64,000 nucleotides of DNA from a bacterium HR21. Its GTDB lineage: Bacteria > Bacteroidota > Ignavibacteria > Kapaibacteriales > HRBIN21. Shown piece by piece: positions 18,442-28,233 of this stretch (within the stretch, counting starts at the first letter, position 1; every line of letters starts with the position of its first letter). The notes below the pieces were generated by a model. It had not been told where the DNA came from. It saw only the letters and a program-made list of their open reading frames with translations, and made no database searches. The position numbers and the translations under genes are program-made. The DNA lies in the NCBI GenBank assembly GCA_002898295.1, contig BEHX01000005.1:11642-75641 (forward strand), given 5' to 3'.

Positions 18442-19550
18442 TGCCGATTCTCCAGGGGAGCACGCTGGAGGCTCTCTGGGAGCGTGCCGAGCATGCCTAT
18501 ACAGAGAGTCGCTACGCAGAAGCAGCACGGCTCTATGCCCAGCTTTCTCGCTTGCTTCCGCCAGAAAGCCCCGACTGGTACACCTGTCAGCTCCACCGAG
18601 CCCACTGTCTCCGGTTGGCAGGATCGTTCCGTCGAGCGCTCCAGCTCTACCGTACGCTCTCCCAGTGCACTCCTGGGGAGGGCACCGCGACCGACGCCCT
18701 CGTTGGGCAAGCCCTTGCTCTCCGTGCCCTGGGGCAACTGCAGCCAGCACGGCAGTTGCTGGAGGAAGCCCTCCAGACATACCGCCAGCAGCACGACACA
18801 GAGGGCGTCCTGCACACCCTATGGGCACTGGGAACTACACTACGCTTTGCTGGGGATTTCCGTACCGCCTCTGCATACCTGAAAGAGGCTCTCCGCCTCC
18901 AGAGAGACTCCAAGCTCAGTAGCCCAACGTACATCCTCTGTGCCCTCGGCGGGCTCTCCCGCATGCAAGGCGCGCCGCAACGCTCCCTTTCCTACTACCG
19001 CCGGGCTCACGCCTGGGCACTCCGCCACGAGGATACCTTTGCCATTGCCTACTCCGCTTGCGGCATCGCCAATGCATATCGTCTGCTCGGCAACTGGGAA
19101 ACGGCGCACCACTACTTCGATATTGCCCGCTTGCACTACGAAGCAATCGGCGACCGGGTCAGCTATGCCTATACCCTTTGGGGCGAAGCCATGGCGTACC
19201 TGCTGCAGCGCCGCTTGGACCTCGCAGAAGCCCGCTGCGCAGCAGCCGAGACCTTATTCCGCCAAACTGAAGATCGCCGAGGGATCCTCCATCTGGCGCT
19301 TGTACGCCTCCAGGTAGAAGCTCTCGACCCGGCGCGCCCGGGAGAGAGGCTCTACCACACCCTTCGGCAGTCCTTGCACTGGAGCCGCCGCTACGGCTAC
19401 CGCTTCGAGGAGCTCCACTTTCGGCTCTTGGGGAACGTGCTCGGGCTGCTGACCGAGCCTCTCAGCTCCCTGCGCCGTGCCTATCGCCAGTGCGGCTCGC
19501 TCTGGCTGCAACGGCTCCGAACCATCCAGCTCCCACTCAACTTCCCATAG
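18441..19550 (+). CDS. tetratricopeptide-repeat (TPR) protein
   Basis: ~370 aa of repeated A/L/Y/W-rich 34-aa helical repeats (e.g. [51 protein letters not shown]). Confidence 0.7.
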   Translation: MPILQGSTLEALWERAEHAYTESRYAEAARLYAQLSRLLPPESPDWYTCQLHRAHCLRLAGSFRRALQLYRTLSQCTPGEGTATDALVGQALALRALGQLQPARQLLEEALQTYRQQHDTEGVLHTLWALGTTLRFAGDFRTASAYLKEALRLQRDSKLSSPTYILCALGGLSRMQGAPQRSLSYYRRAHAWALRHEDTFAIAYSACGIANAYRLLGNWETAHHYFDIARLHYEAIGDRVSYAYTLWGEAMAYLLQRRLDLAEARCAAAETLFRQTEDRRGILHLALVRLQVEALDPARPGERLYHTLRQSLHWSRRYGYRFEELHFRLLGNVLGLLTEPLSSLRRAYRQCGSLWLQRLRTIQLPLNFP

Positions 19551-19607
19551 TGTGCTTCGTGGAAAGCACCGTAAGTTTGTGCGGTTCTCTCAGCCTCTCG
19601 TATCCCA

Positions 19608-20568
19608 GATGAGCATTCTGGTCAACCGACACACACGCGTCCTGGTCCAGGGCATTACGGGAACGGAAGGCACCTTCCACACAGCGCAAATGCTGCAGTA
19701 TGGCACCCAGGTAGTCGGTGGTGTCACTCCGGGAAAAGGAGGGACGCTCTACACCGGAAAAGGCTCTGACATCTTCCCGCAACCGGTCCCGGTCTTCGAT
19801 ACCGTCCGGGAAGCTGTCCAGGCAACAGGAGCGAATGCCACGGTTATCTTTGTCCCCGCGCCTTTCGCCCTGGACGCTTTGCTGGAAGCTATCGAGGCAG
19901 AAATCCCGCTGATTGTCTGCATCACCGAAGGCATCCCCACTCGGGACATGGTGATCGTCAGCGAAGCTCTGCGGGGAAGCCGCTCGCGGCTCATCGGACC
20001 GAACTGCCCTGGGATTATCACACCGGGGGAGTGCAAAATCGGCATCATGCCAGGCTTTATCCACCGTCCCGGACGCGTCGGCGTTATCTCCCGCAGTGGG
20101 ACATTGACATACGAAGCGGTCAAGCAGATGAGCGATCTCGGGATAGGGCAATCCACATGCATCGGCATCGGAGGCGATCCCATTGTCGGCTCCAGCTTCG
20201 TTGACCTTCTGGCGCTGTTCAACGACGATCCCGAGACGGAGGCTGTCCTGCTCATCGGGGAAATTGGGGGGACAGCAGAAGAGGAAGCTGCTGAGTACGT
20301 GCGGCACTCCATGACGAAGCCTGTTATCGGCTTCATTGCTGGGCGGACAGCGCCACCCGGACGCCGCATGGGGCATGCAGGCGCTATCATCAGCGGCGGG
20401 CGAGGAACGGCGGCGGAGAAAATTGCTGCCTTCGAAGCCGCCGGAATTACCGTTGTGGAATCCCCTGCTCACATCGGCAAAACTGTCGCTACCGTAGTAG
20501 CGCAGCGTGATCGCCAACCCACCGGAGCGGTCAAACAGCAGAAGAGTCGTCGGCGAAAATCGTCATGA
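19608..20568 (+). CDS. sucD: succinate--CoA ligase [ADP/GDP-forming] subunit alpha
   Basis: Start [18 protein letters not shown]; phospho-His region SRSGTLTYE...GIGGDP...[10 protein letters not shown]. The track start at 19477 is rejected. Confidence 0.9.
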
Positions 20569-20993
20569 GAACCCGCACACTTGCGATCATCAAGCCGGAC
20601 GCCGTTCGGCGGAATGTCGTCGGAGAAATCATCAGCGCTATCACGCATGCCGGTTTCCGCATCATCGGCATGAAGCTTGTGCAGATGACCAAAGCCCAAG
20701 CTGAGAGTTTCTACGAAGTCCACCGCGGACGCCCGTTCTTCGAGGAGCTGACGCGCTTTATGAGCAGTGGTCCCATCGTCGTCATGGTGCTGGAAAAGGA
20801 GCGGGCAGTTGAAGACTTCCGGGCACTCATCGGCGCTACCGATCCACGACAGGCTGCCCCAGGAACGATCCGCCATCGGTTTGGAACCTCCATTGGAGAA
20901 AACGCCATTCATGGGTCTGACTCACCGGAGAACGCTGAACGGGAAATTGCCTTCTTCTTCAGCCTCACTGAGCTGGTGGACCACGCGCTGTAG
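20565..20993 (+). CDS. ndk: nucleoside-diphosphate kinase
   Basis: 142 aa; [10 protein letters not shown], active-site NAIHGSD; 4-nt overlap with sucD. Confidence 0.95.
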   Translation: MRTRTLAIIKPDAVRRNVVGEIISAITHAGFRIIGMKLVQMTKAQAESFYEVHRGRPFFEELTRFMSSGPIVVMVLEKERAVEDFRALIGATDPRQAAPGTIRHRFGTSIGENAIHGSDSPENAEREIAFFFSLTELVDHAL

Positions 20994-21018
20994 GGCGCCC
21001 AGAGGGCGAGAGAGTACC

Positions 21019-21984
21019 GTGCTGTGGTTAGCCCTCTGGCTCCTGCTGCCGAGCTGTCCGCTGCAGCTACACGCACAGATCGCCGGTGAGTCCCCTGCCG
21101 TCCGGGAGCCCCTGCGCCCACGGCTGCTGGCATCCTTCCCCGTGGGGCGTATCCGTTACTACGAGCTGAGTGAATCCACCCGGGTCGAACGGCACCTCCC
21201 CGACGGCACCCTACAGCGATGGCAGCGTCAGGCACGGTACTTGCTCCGCTTCTACGCTTTTACCGAACGGGACAACCAGATGACCGAGGTTGCCTGCCGG
21301 GTCGAGCGACTTACTTACCGTCTGCAGCAGGACACGCTCACCGTTGCCTTCGACAGTGAGCACCCTGAACAGCTCTCCCGCCGCATCCCCGATGTGGAGT
21401 TCACCAGCATGCTGCTGGGCACTGAGCCGGAGATTCTCTTTTCCCCCTACGGCGACATTGCCCGCATCGGTGGCGAGCAGCTCCAGTGGTTGCGGGACTA
21501 TCTCCGCAATGAGCTCGGCACCGACACTCTGCTGCTGGCATCGAAACTGGCTGCTGTCTCGGATGCTCGGTGGGCAGCTCTCTTTGACATGCACAAGGGG
21601 ATTATCCCTGGTACCCGCATCCGGGAGGATTCCACCTGGCAGCGTCTGGTCACGCTCTGGATCGAAGGTGTGGAATGGCGCGATACGGCACACATCCATA
21701 TCGCTCGTCCCGGCGATACCAGCCGCCTCATCGTTGGCGTCCTGCCGGCATTACAGAGCGTCTCTGCCACCGCGTGGCTTCCGGATATGCCCCGGACCCC
21801 AGTGCAGATCGATCACGCAACTGGACACGCTCAGATTGCTGTCGAGCTGGCTCCCCGAGGGCTCATCACCAGCTCGGAACTTCACGCTCACACCGAATAT
21901 ACCGCTACCCCTCTGAGGGGCAGCACCCCCTTCCGTCAAACTGTCCAGGTTACCTTCTCATGGCGTTTCCTGCGCGAAGAGTAA
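21019..21984 (+). CDS. hypothetical secreted protein (paralog A)
   Basis: GTG start inferred just after the ndk stop; signal peptide VLWLALWLLLPSCPLQLHAQIAGE; no recognisable catalytic motifs. The track ORF start at 20767 is rejected because it overlaps ndk. Confidence 0.5.
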   Translation: MLWLALWLLLPSCPLQLHAQIAGESPAVREPLRPRLLASFPVGRIRYYELSESTRVERHLPDGTLQRWQRQARYLLRFYAFTERDNQMTEVACRVERLTYRLQQDTLTVAFDSEHPEQLSRRIPDVEFTSMLLGTEPEILFSPYGDIARIGGEQLQWLRDYLRNELGTDTLLLASKLAAVSDARWAALFDMHKGIIPGTRIREDSTWQRLVTLWIEGVEWRDTAHIHIARPGDTSRLIVGVLPALQSVSATAWLPDMPRTPVQIDHATGHAQIAVELAPRGLITSSELHAHTEYTATPLRGSTPFRQTVQVTFSWRFLREE

Positions 21985-23021
21985 TTGTCCTCTGCCTGAG
22001 CTTCCTCGTCTCCCCTCTCGCCTGCGGTCCGCACCGGTATAGCTCCCAGAGCACTGCAGAGGTTGGAGCAGAGACTACAGCCGCGTTCCTCACAGCCGAC
22101 ACTCTCATGCCTCCAACTGCTGGGGAGATTCCACAACTGCCCCGCTACGCCGTCCAGCCCACGGAGTGGTATGCCTACTGGATGACCCGGATAGACACCG
22201 TGCGCCAAGACACACTGGAGCAGACCAGCTTCGTCCGGCAATACTACCTCAAGACCATCCGTTCCTTGCACCCTGACGGGCGTATTGAATGCACTCTCCG
22301 CATCGACTCTCTGCAAGCTCGCTTCGCGGCGTCGGGAAGCAGTGGCGTGTTGGAGCGGTTCAGCTACGATTCCCGCGACTCCTCCGACCGTGCAAACCCG
22401 AATTACGCCCATCTGACAGCGCTCCTGGGCACGGAGGTGCGGATGCTCGTTACCCGCGACGGGCAGATTGATTCCATCTTTGGGCTCGAAGCACTGCTGC
22501 GGCGGATTCGGCAGCTTTCCCCGGATACACTCCCGGAGAGCCTCGACGAGCTGATGAAGCAGCGGCTCGAAGAGCAGATGTACCGTCCATTGCAGCAGGA
22601 ATACTTAGCCTTCCCTCCCGAACCGCTCGACAGCACCTGGAGCTGGCGTCATGAGTACCCTGATATGCTTGCCTCTGCCTTCCCCATGCGTAACGTCGCC
22701 GAATACCGCATCCTCGGCGTACGCCCGGCAGGGGATAGGAAGTTGGTCGAGATCCAAGCAACTCTGCGCTCGCGTCCTCTGCAACGGCGCCTCCGACAGG
22801 GCGATATGGAAGCCACCCTGCGGGATGAAGCCTTGAGTGGCAGCGGACTCATCCTCATTGATGCGCAGCAAGGCTACACCGTTGCGAAAGACATCCAGCT
22901 CCAGACCCGCTTTGAAGTCTTGCTCCGTGACACCGTACAGAAGCACAGCGAGCGCTTTCGGCAGGAGGCACGCACCCGAGTCCAATTCCAGCTTGTCCGA
23001 CGAGGATGGTCGAAGAAGTAA
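21960..23021 (+). CDS. hypothetical lipoprotein/secreted protein (paralog B)
   Basis: Start MAFPARRVIVLCLSFLVSPLACG (lipobox-like); overlaps the upstream gene by 25 nt; weak architectural similarity to paralog A (LHPDGR/LPDGT-containing segment). Confidence 0.55.
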   Translation: MAFPARRVIVLCLSFLVSPLACGPHRYSSQSTAEVGAETTAAFLTADTLMPPTAGEIPQLPRYAVQPTEWYAYWMTRIDTVRQDTLEQTSFVRQYYLKTIRSLHPDGRIECTLRIDSLQARFAASGSSGVLERFSYDSRDSSDRANPNYAHLTALLGTEVRMLVTRDGQIDSIFGLEALLRRIRQLSPDTLPESLDELMKQRLEEQMYRPLQQEYLAFPPEPLDSTWSWRHEYPDMLASAFPMRNVAEYRILGVRPAGDRKLVEIQATLRSRPLQRRLRQGDMEATLRDEALSGSGLILIDAQQGYTVAKDIQLQTRFEVLLRDTVQKHSERFRQEARTRVQFQLVRRGWSKK

Positions 23022-24994
23022 AGCGGCTCTTGCGCCTGCTTACCCCCATTGACTGGCTGGCTGCCGGGGTTGTGCTCGTGGGTCTGCTGATTGCTCTTGT
23101 TCTTGACGATGCCGCCGTTCGCCTCATCGGTGTCTCCATCGCCCTCCTGGGAGCGCTCGCTTTCTTCCTGCTCATCTCCCAGCGGCTCAGCGAAGAGAGC
23201 CTGTATTCCCCCACCCTCCGCTCGCAAGCAGAACAGCTGAAGACAACCATCCGGCAGGAGCCGCGCAGCACCCGGCTGATCTTCGATGACTTTGCCGAAA
23301 CCTTCGCCAGCACAGACCCCACCAGCGCTCCTCCCACGGCGTCTGAGACCCCGCCATTGGAGGAATTCGTGGAGGACACCTCCAGCGTCCGTATCGTTGG
23401 ACGTCGTCCCCGGCGTTCAACGCCAGCTCCGCCAGCAGCACCATCAGCGCCGACTACCTCACCGGCAGCCGAACCCCCAGCAGCACGTCTGCGCGCCGTG
23501 ACTCTGCCGGAATTCGTGCTCACCCCTTCCTCTGCACCACCGAGCGAACCGCGTCACGCTTTCCACGCCCTGCTGGACCGCATCCTCACGTTTGTCCGCG
23601 CCATTGTCCCTTCGCAGACTGCTGCTCTCTTCTGGCTTGACAGCGAACGGGGACTCCTCGTGCTGGAGTGCTGGCAGTCGGAGCATCCGGAGCTCTTCCG
23701 CTCTGAACAGCGTACCTTCCCACTCGGGCGCGACGTTGTCAGCCAGATCGTTCTCGACGGACGAGCCGAGATTGTGACAGAACTCCAACCCAGCGCCGAA
23801 GTGGAGCTGCTGCCCTACTACCGCCAAAGCGCCGGCACGAGCTCCTTTGTCGGTGTCCCCATCCTCCTGCATGCCCGCCCTGTGGGGGTTCTCTGCCTGG
23901 ACAGTCCCCACGCGCAAGCATATACGGCAATGACGGTAAGCCTGCTCGGGCACGTCGTGCTCCTCATCAGCGGTTTGCTGCAGAGCTATATCCAGCACTA
24001 CGAGCTTTTCCAGCAGAGTCGGCTCTGGGAGTACGCCCGGAGCCTCTGGAAGCTGAGCACCGAGCCAGAGGAAACCTTCCCCGAGCAGCTGCTCTCCCTG
24101 TGGGCAGAACTCCTCCCTGCGCCCGTCCTCGTGCTCTGCCTCTATAGCCAACACCAGCGGCAATGGCGTATCACCGCACTGCGAGCTCCCCACAGCTGGC
24201 ATCATCTCCGGTCGGTTCCCTGCCGGCTCGAGCAGACGCTGCTCGGCGAGGCACTCTATAGCGGGCACGTCCAGCAGTGGGATGGGCGCTCGCAACCCCA
24301 TCGCCTCCATCCCCAGGAACCCCCAGCACTGGAAGCCCACACTGCGTATGTCATCCCCCTGTGCTCCGCGACCCATGCCTACGGTGCCCTCTACTGCGAG
24401 ACCCCTGAGCCGCTCCTGCCGAAGGAGTTGGAACTGGCAGAAACCTTCGGTCTCTGGAGCGGGAGCCTGCTGGAACACCGCTACTGGGACGAGCTACTCC
24501 GTGGAGGGCTATGGTTTCAGTCCACCTCCGGGATCTGGACTCAAGAGGGCTTCCGCTACCGGATCGCAGAAGAGCTCGAACGTGCTCACCTCCTCGGTAC
24601 CGATGCCACGCTCTGCGCCCTCCGCCTTGACCGCTACGGCGTTCTCTCTACGATTGCCCTTCCCCGCCTGCGCGAGCTCCTCCTCACGCACGTTCTGCCC
24701 ATCCTCCGGACACACCTGCGGGGCTGCGACGTCGTGGGCTATCTCAGCGAAGATACCCTCGGGATTCTCTTGCCCGGCACAGAGCTGACGCAGTCCCACC
24801 TCTGGGCAGAGAAGGTCCGCAAGCAGATTGCCACCACCTTGTTTGTCTTCGAGCAGCACCGGATGAGCACAACGGTGAGCATTGGGCTGACCACTCTGCG
24901 GCAGCACCGCAGCCGAGAAGAGGTGCTCCGCGCCGTTTTGACAGCCCTGGAGAAAGCCGCCCAGAAAGGAAACACCGTCATCCCTTACGCCTGA
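23006..24994 (+). CDS. membrane-anchored GAF-GAF protein with degenerate (probably inactive) GGDEF domain
   Basis: 662 aa. Two N-terminal TM helices, a Pro/Ala-rich linker, GAF-like region (...LFWLDSERGLLVLECWQ...VGVLCLDSPHAQAY...), and a C-terminal GGDEF fold (RIAEELERAHLLG...RLDRYG...GCDVVGYLSEDTLGILLPGT...TVSIGLTT) in which the GG[DE]EF motif is replaced by SEDTL. Confidence 0.65.
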   Translation: MVEEVKRLLRLLTPIDWLAAGVVLVGLLIALVLDDAAVRLIGVSIALLGALAFFLLISQRLSEESLYSPTLRSQAEQLKTTIRQEPRSTRLIFDDFAETFASTDPTSAPPTASETPPLEEFVEDTSSVRIVGRRPRRSTPAPPAAPSAPTTSPAAEPPAARLRAVTLPEFVLTPSSAPPSEPRHAFHALLDRILTFVRAIVPSQTAALFWLDSERGLLVLECWQSEHPELFRSEQRTFPLGRDVVSQIVLDGRAEIVTELQPSAEVELLPYYRQSAGTSSFVGVPILLHARPVGVLCLDSPHAQAYTAMTVSLLGHVVLLISGLLQSYIQHYELFQQSRLWEYARSLWKLSTEPEETFPEQLLSLWAELLPAPVLVLCLYSQHQRQWRITALRAPHSWHHLRSVPCRLEQTLLGEALYSGHVQQWDGRSQPHRLHPQEPPALEAHTAYVIPLCSATHAYGALYCETPEPLLPKELELAETFGLWSGSLLEHRYWDELLRGGLWFQSTSGIWTQEGFRYRIAEELERAHLLGTDATLCALRLDRYGVLSTIALPRLRELLLTHVLPILRTHLRGCDVVGYLSEDTLGILLPGTELTQSHLWAEKVRKQIATTLFVFEQHRMSTTVSIGLTTLRQHRSREEVLRAVLTALEKAAQKGNTVIPYA

Positions 24995-25000
24995 CAACCG

Positions 25001-27181
25001 ATGGAGCGCCCTGTTTACCCGAAGCTCGTCGAAGACATCCTCCGCCTGCTCCGTCGGCGTCCCCTCCGGCTCTACGAGCTTGCCCGCCAACTGGGCATTG
25101 CGCGGGAAGACCCGCGCTATGAAGAACTGCTCGGCACGCTCGAGTGGCTTCAGGCACAAGGCATCATCGAACGCGGGGCACGTCGCCGCTACCGCCTCCG
25201 CTCGCTTCCGGAGCAAACGCTCCTGGAAGGGGTGCTCAGCATTGAGCACGGAATCGGCGTAGTGCGCAGTCCCCACCCAGAGTATCCGGAAGTTATCGTT
25301 CGACGCCACCACCTCAATACCGCTCTCCCCGGCGATCGCGTCCTGGTCCGCCCCCTACAGGAAAGCTCTCGCCGAAAGCCCCGGGGAGAGGTAGTCTCCA
25401 TCCTGGAACGCTCCCGGGAGCTTATCAGCGGAACGGTCGAGTATGACGGCAGCTTCTTCTTCCTGGTCCCCGATGAGGAGGCCTACTACGTGGACTTCCT
25501 CTTGCCAGCAGAGAAGCTCCACGGAGCACGGCACGGCGACAAGGTGCTTGCCCGCTTGACGCGCTGGACCGATCCGCTGAAGAGTCCGGAAGCGGAAGTT
25601 GTGGAAATCCTCGGACGAGCCGGCGATCCGAGAGCTGAATTTGCCAGCATCTTGAAGGAATTCCAGCTTCCCTTCCGCTTCCCTGCAGCGGTGGAAGACG
25701 AAGCCCATCGCCTTGCGCACCCTCCGACTGCCGAGGAAATCGCCCGGCGCCGAGACCTCCGCCAGCAGATTACCTTCACCATAGATCCCGAGGATGCCAA
25801 AGATTTCGACGATGCGCTCTCTATCGAACGCCTCCCCAATGGGAACCTCCTGCTCGGTGTCCACATTGCCGATGTCAGCTTCTACGTACCCGAAGGGAGC
25901 CTGACCGACCGCGAAGCTTTCCAGCGCGGCACGAGCGTGTATCTGGTAGACCGCGTCGTGCCGATGCTTCCGGAGGTGCTCTCTACCAACATCTGCTCCT
26001 TGATGCCGGGGCAGGACCGGCTGACCTACTCAGTGCTGATGGAATTCACACCTGCCGGTGTCCTCCGGCGGTACGAGCTGTGTGAATCGGTCATCTGTAG
26101 CCGGCGCCGCTTCACCTATGAGGAGGTTCAGCACATCCTCCAGAGCAGGCAGGGAGATTACGCCGAGCAGCTCCTGCTTCTCCATGAACTGGCACAAACT
26201 CTCCGGAGGCGCCGTTTCCGCGAAGGCGGGATTGACTTCGAGACACTGGAGCTCAAATTCCGCCTCGATGCCGATGGCTTCCCCGTGGAGGTCCTCCCGA
26301 AGATGCGCACGGACTCCACCAGCCTTGTCGAAGAGTGCATGCTGGCAGCCAACCGCACGGTGGCGCAGTTTGTACAAGACCGCTCTCGCCGCTGGGGGTT
26401 GTCCGAGCCGCTGCCCTTCCTCTATCGCATCCACGATGTTCCCGACCCTGCGAAGGTCAAGGAAGTGATCGAACTCTTACGCGCTCTGGGCTTGCCTGTC
26501 CGTCGGCAGCCGGAGACTTCCCACGAGTGGATGGAGCTGTTGCAGCATCTGGAGAAGCGTCCCGAGAAGCTCATCATCCACCAATTTCTCCTGCGCGCTA
26601 TGGCGAAGGCGGTCTACTCGCCCTACAACATTGGGCATTACGGGCTGGGATTTGCCGCGTATGCGCACTTTACCTCGCCAATCCGACGTTATCCCGATCT
26701 GATTGCTCACCGGCTCTTGAAGGAATACTCCCGCCCTCGCAAACCCTCTGCCCACCGACTCCGCTCCCTGCGAGAATACTTGGAACATGCCGGCGAGCAC
26801 TGCTCGGCTCGGGAGCAGCTCGCGGTAGAAGCCGAGCGGGCCTCGACGAAAGTGGCGCAGGTCCTCTTGGCCAGCCGCCTGCTTGGACGCAAATTCTGGG
26901 GAACAGTGACGGGGATTGCCTCCTTTGGGCTCTTCCTGCTGCTGGACAAGGTCTACCTGGAAGGGCTGCTGCCGCTTCGGGAGATGCCCGAGGATTTCTA
27001 CGTCTTCGACGAACGCCGCTACCGCTTCGTTGGCAAGCGGACACGGACGGTCTTCACGCTCGGCTCCCGGCTCAAGGTGCAGCTCCTCGACGTTGACCTC
27101 AAGCGGCGGCACATCAACTTCCGCTACGTCGGCACAGCTCAGGGCGCGGGCAAAAAGCCCGGCGGCGGGGGCACGTCGTAG
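25001..27181 (+). CDS. rnr: ribonuclease R
   Basis: 726 aa; RNB-domain motifs (...TIDPEDAKDFDDALS..., HYGLGFAAYAHFTSPIRRYPDLIAHR), a C-terminal S1-like region, and a Gly-rich tail. Confidence 0.9.
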   Translation: MERPVYPKLVEDILRLLRRRPLRLYELARQLGIAREDPRYEELLGTLEWLQAQGIIERGARRRYRLRSLPEQTLLEGVLSIEHGIGVVRSPHPEYPEVIVRRHHLNTALPGDRVLVRPLQESSRRKPRGEVVSILERSRELISGTVEYDGSFFFLVPDEEAYYVDFLLPAEKLHGARHGDKVLARLTRWTDPLKSPEAEVVEILGRAGDPRAEFASILKEFQLPFRFPAAVEDEAHRLAHPPTAEEIARRRDLRQQITFTIDPEDAKDFDDALSIERLPNGNLLLGVHIADVSFYVPEGSLTDREAFQRGTSVYLVDRVVPMLPEVLSTNICSLMPGQDRLTYSVLMEFTPAGVLRRYELCESVICSRRRFTYEEVQHILQSRQGDYAEQLLLLHELAQTLRRRRFREGGIDFETLELKFRLDADGFPVEVLPKMRTDSTSLVEECMLAANRTVAQFVQDRSRRWGLSEPLPFLYRIHDVPDPAKVKEVIELLRALGLPVRRQPETSHEWMELLQHLEKRPEKLIIHQFLLRAMAKAVYSPYNIGHYGLGFAAYAHFTSPIRRYPDLIAHRLLKEYSRPRKPSAHRLRSLREYLEHAGEHCSAREQLAVEAERASTKVAQVLLASRLLGRKFWGTVTGIASFGLFLLLDKVYLEGLLPLREMPEDFYVFDERRYRFVGKRTRTVFTLGSRLKVQLLDVDLKRRHINFRYVGTAQGAGKKPGGGGTS

Positions 27182-28230
27182 ATGCCGTTGTAACTGAAGC
27201 ACACCACGAAAATCCCCAGCGCGAGCCACCCCAGCAGACGCCGTCCCGGTGTCAAGGGTTCAGGGTCCGGCACCGGCGGATGCTCCAGGCGGATCAATAA
27301 CCGTGTGAACACCGCCCAGAACAGCCAACCCTCCCACGCCCGATAGTACCACGGAGCAATCTGCTCTATACCACGCAGCACAGGCAACAGCGTCTGCTGA
27401 AGCAGCTGCACCACCGCGTTCGGTGAATCCCCACTCAAGGCACCCATTACCCAGCCGAAGACCGGACCCATCCCGAGCAGGACAAGCCCCCACCAGACCA
27501 CCCGGGCAATGACCCGATGCGCTTCCCCGAAGAGCGCATAGGTGATGTGCCCGCCATCGAGCTGCCCCAGCGGCAGCAAATTCAGCATCGTCACAAATAG
27601 CCCGAACCACCCCACGCACAGGAAGGGGTAGTGGTACATCTCGTTCATCGGCGGCAGAAAGCCCGACGACGTTGCAAACACAGCTGCCAGCCAATGGTAA
27701 AGCGGAATATCTCCGAAGTGCAGCCCCCACGGAGGAATGGAACCCAGCTGCACGTATTCCGGATGGACAGCGTAGATGTAGCTCTGCGGCGGCAGCGTCT
27801 GGAAGCCGATCACGAGAATCACGACGCTGACGACAAAACCCGCCAGAGGACCAGCAATGCCGATATCAAAGAGCGCCTGCCGGGAGAGAATCGGAGAACG
27901 TGTCCGGATCACCGCTCCGAGTGTCCCAAAGGGGAAGAAGAAGGGGAGCGGCACGGGCAGAAAGTACGGCAGTGTCACATCCACCCGATGGAAGCGCGCA
28001 GCAAAGTAGTGCCCAAACTCATGCGCGCTGAGGAAACAGAGGATCAGCACCGCATAGGTCACACCGTAGTGGAGGTTTGAAAGCTCCAGCGGGTCTTTCC
28101 CCATCCACTGAACGCCGGCCAGCAAGACGGAGAAAAAGGTTGCCCCGAACAGGAGCGCATGGACCCAGAGGTGTTGCCGGACAGGGCGCTGGACAGGGAT
28201 CACCGAGCGAGGTAAGGGCGTGTATCCCAT
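27139..28230 (-). CDS. site-2 protease family zinc metalloprotease (M50-like), polytopic membrane protein
   Basis: 363 aa; HEFGHY zincin motif in a TM helix, downstream LDGGH; highly hydrophobic. Confidence 0.75.
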   Translation of the reverse strand: MGYTPLPRSVIPVQRPVRQHLWVHALLFGATFFSVLLAGVQWMGKDPLELSNLHYGVTYAVLILCFLSAHEFGHYFAARFHRVDVTLPYFLPVPLPFFFPFGTLGAVIRTRSPILSRQALFDIGIAGPLAGFVVSVVILVIGFQTLPPQSYIYAVHPEYVQLGSIPPWGLHFGDIPLYHWLAAVFATSSGFLPPMNEMYHYPFLCVGWFGLFVTMLNLLPLGQLDGGHITYALFGEAHRVIARVVWWGLVLLGMGPVFGWVMGALSGDSPNAVVQLLQQTLLPVLRGIEQIAPWYYRAWEGWLFWAVFTRLLIRLEHPPVPDPEPLTPGRRLLGWLALGIFVVCFSYNGIYDVPPPPGFLPAP

Positions 28231-28233
28231 CGG

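Noticed and set aside
20767-21018. Track ORF start at 20767 for the hypothetical secreted protein
   Set aside because: It lies inside ndk in a different frame. The signal peptide begins just after the ndk stop, so a GTG start at 21019 was chosen, though start-codon choice remains uncertain.
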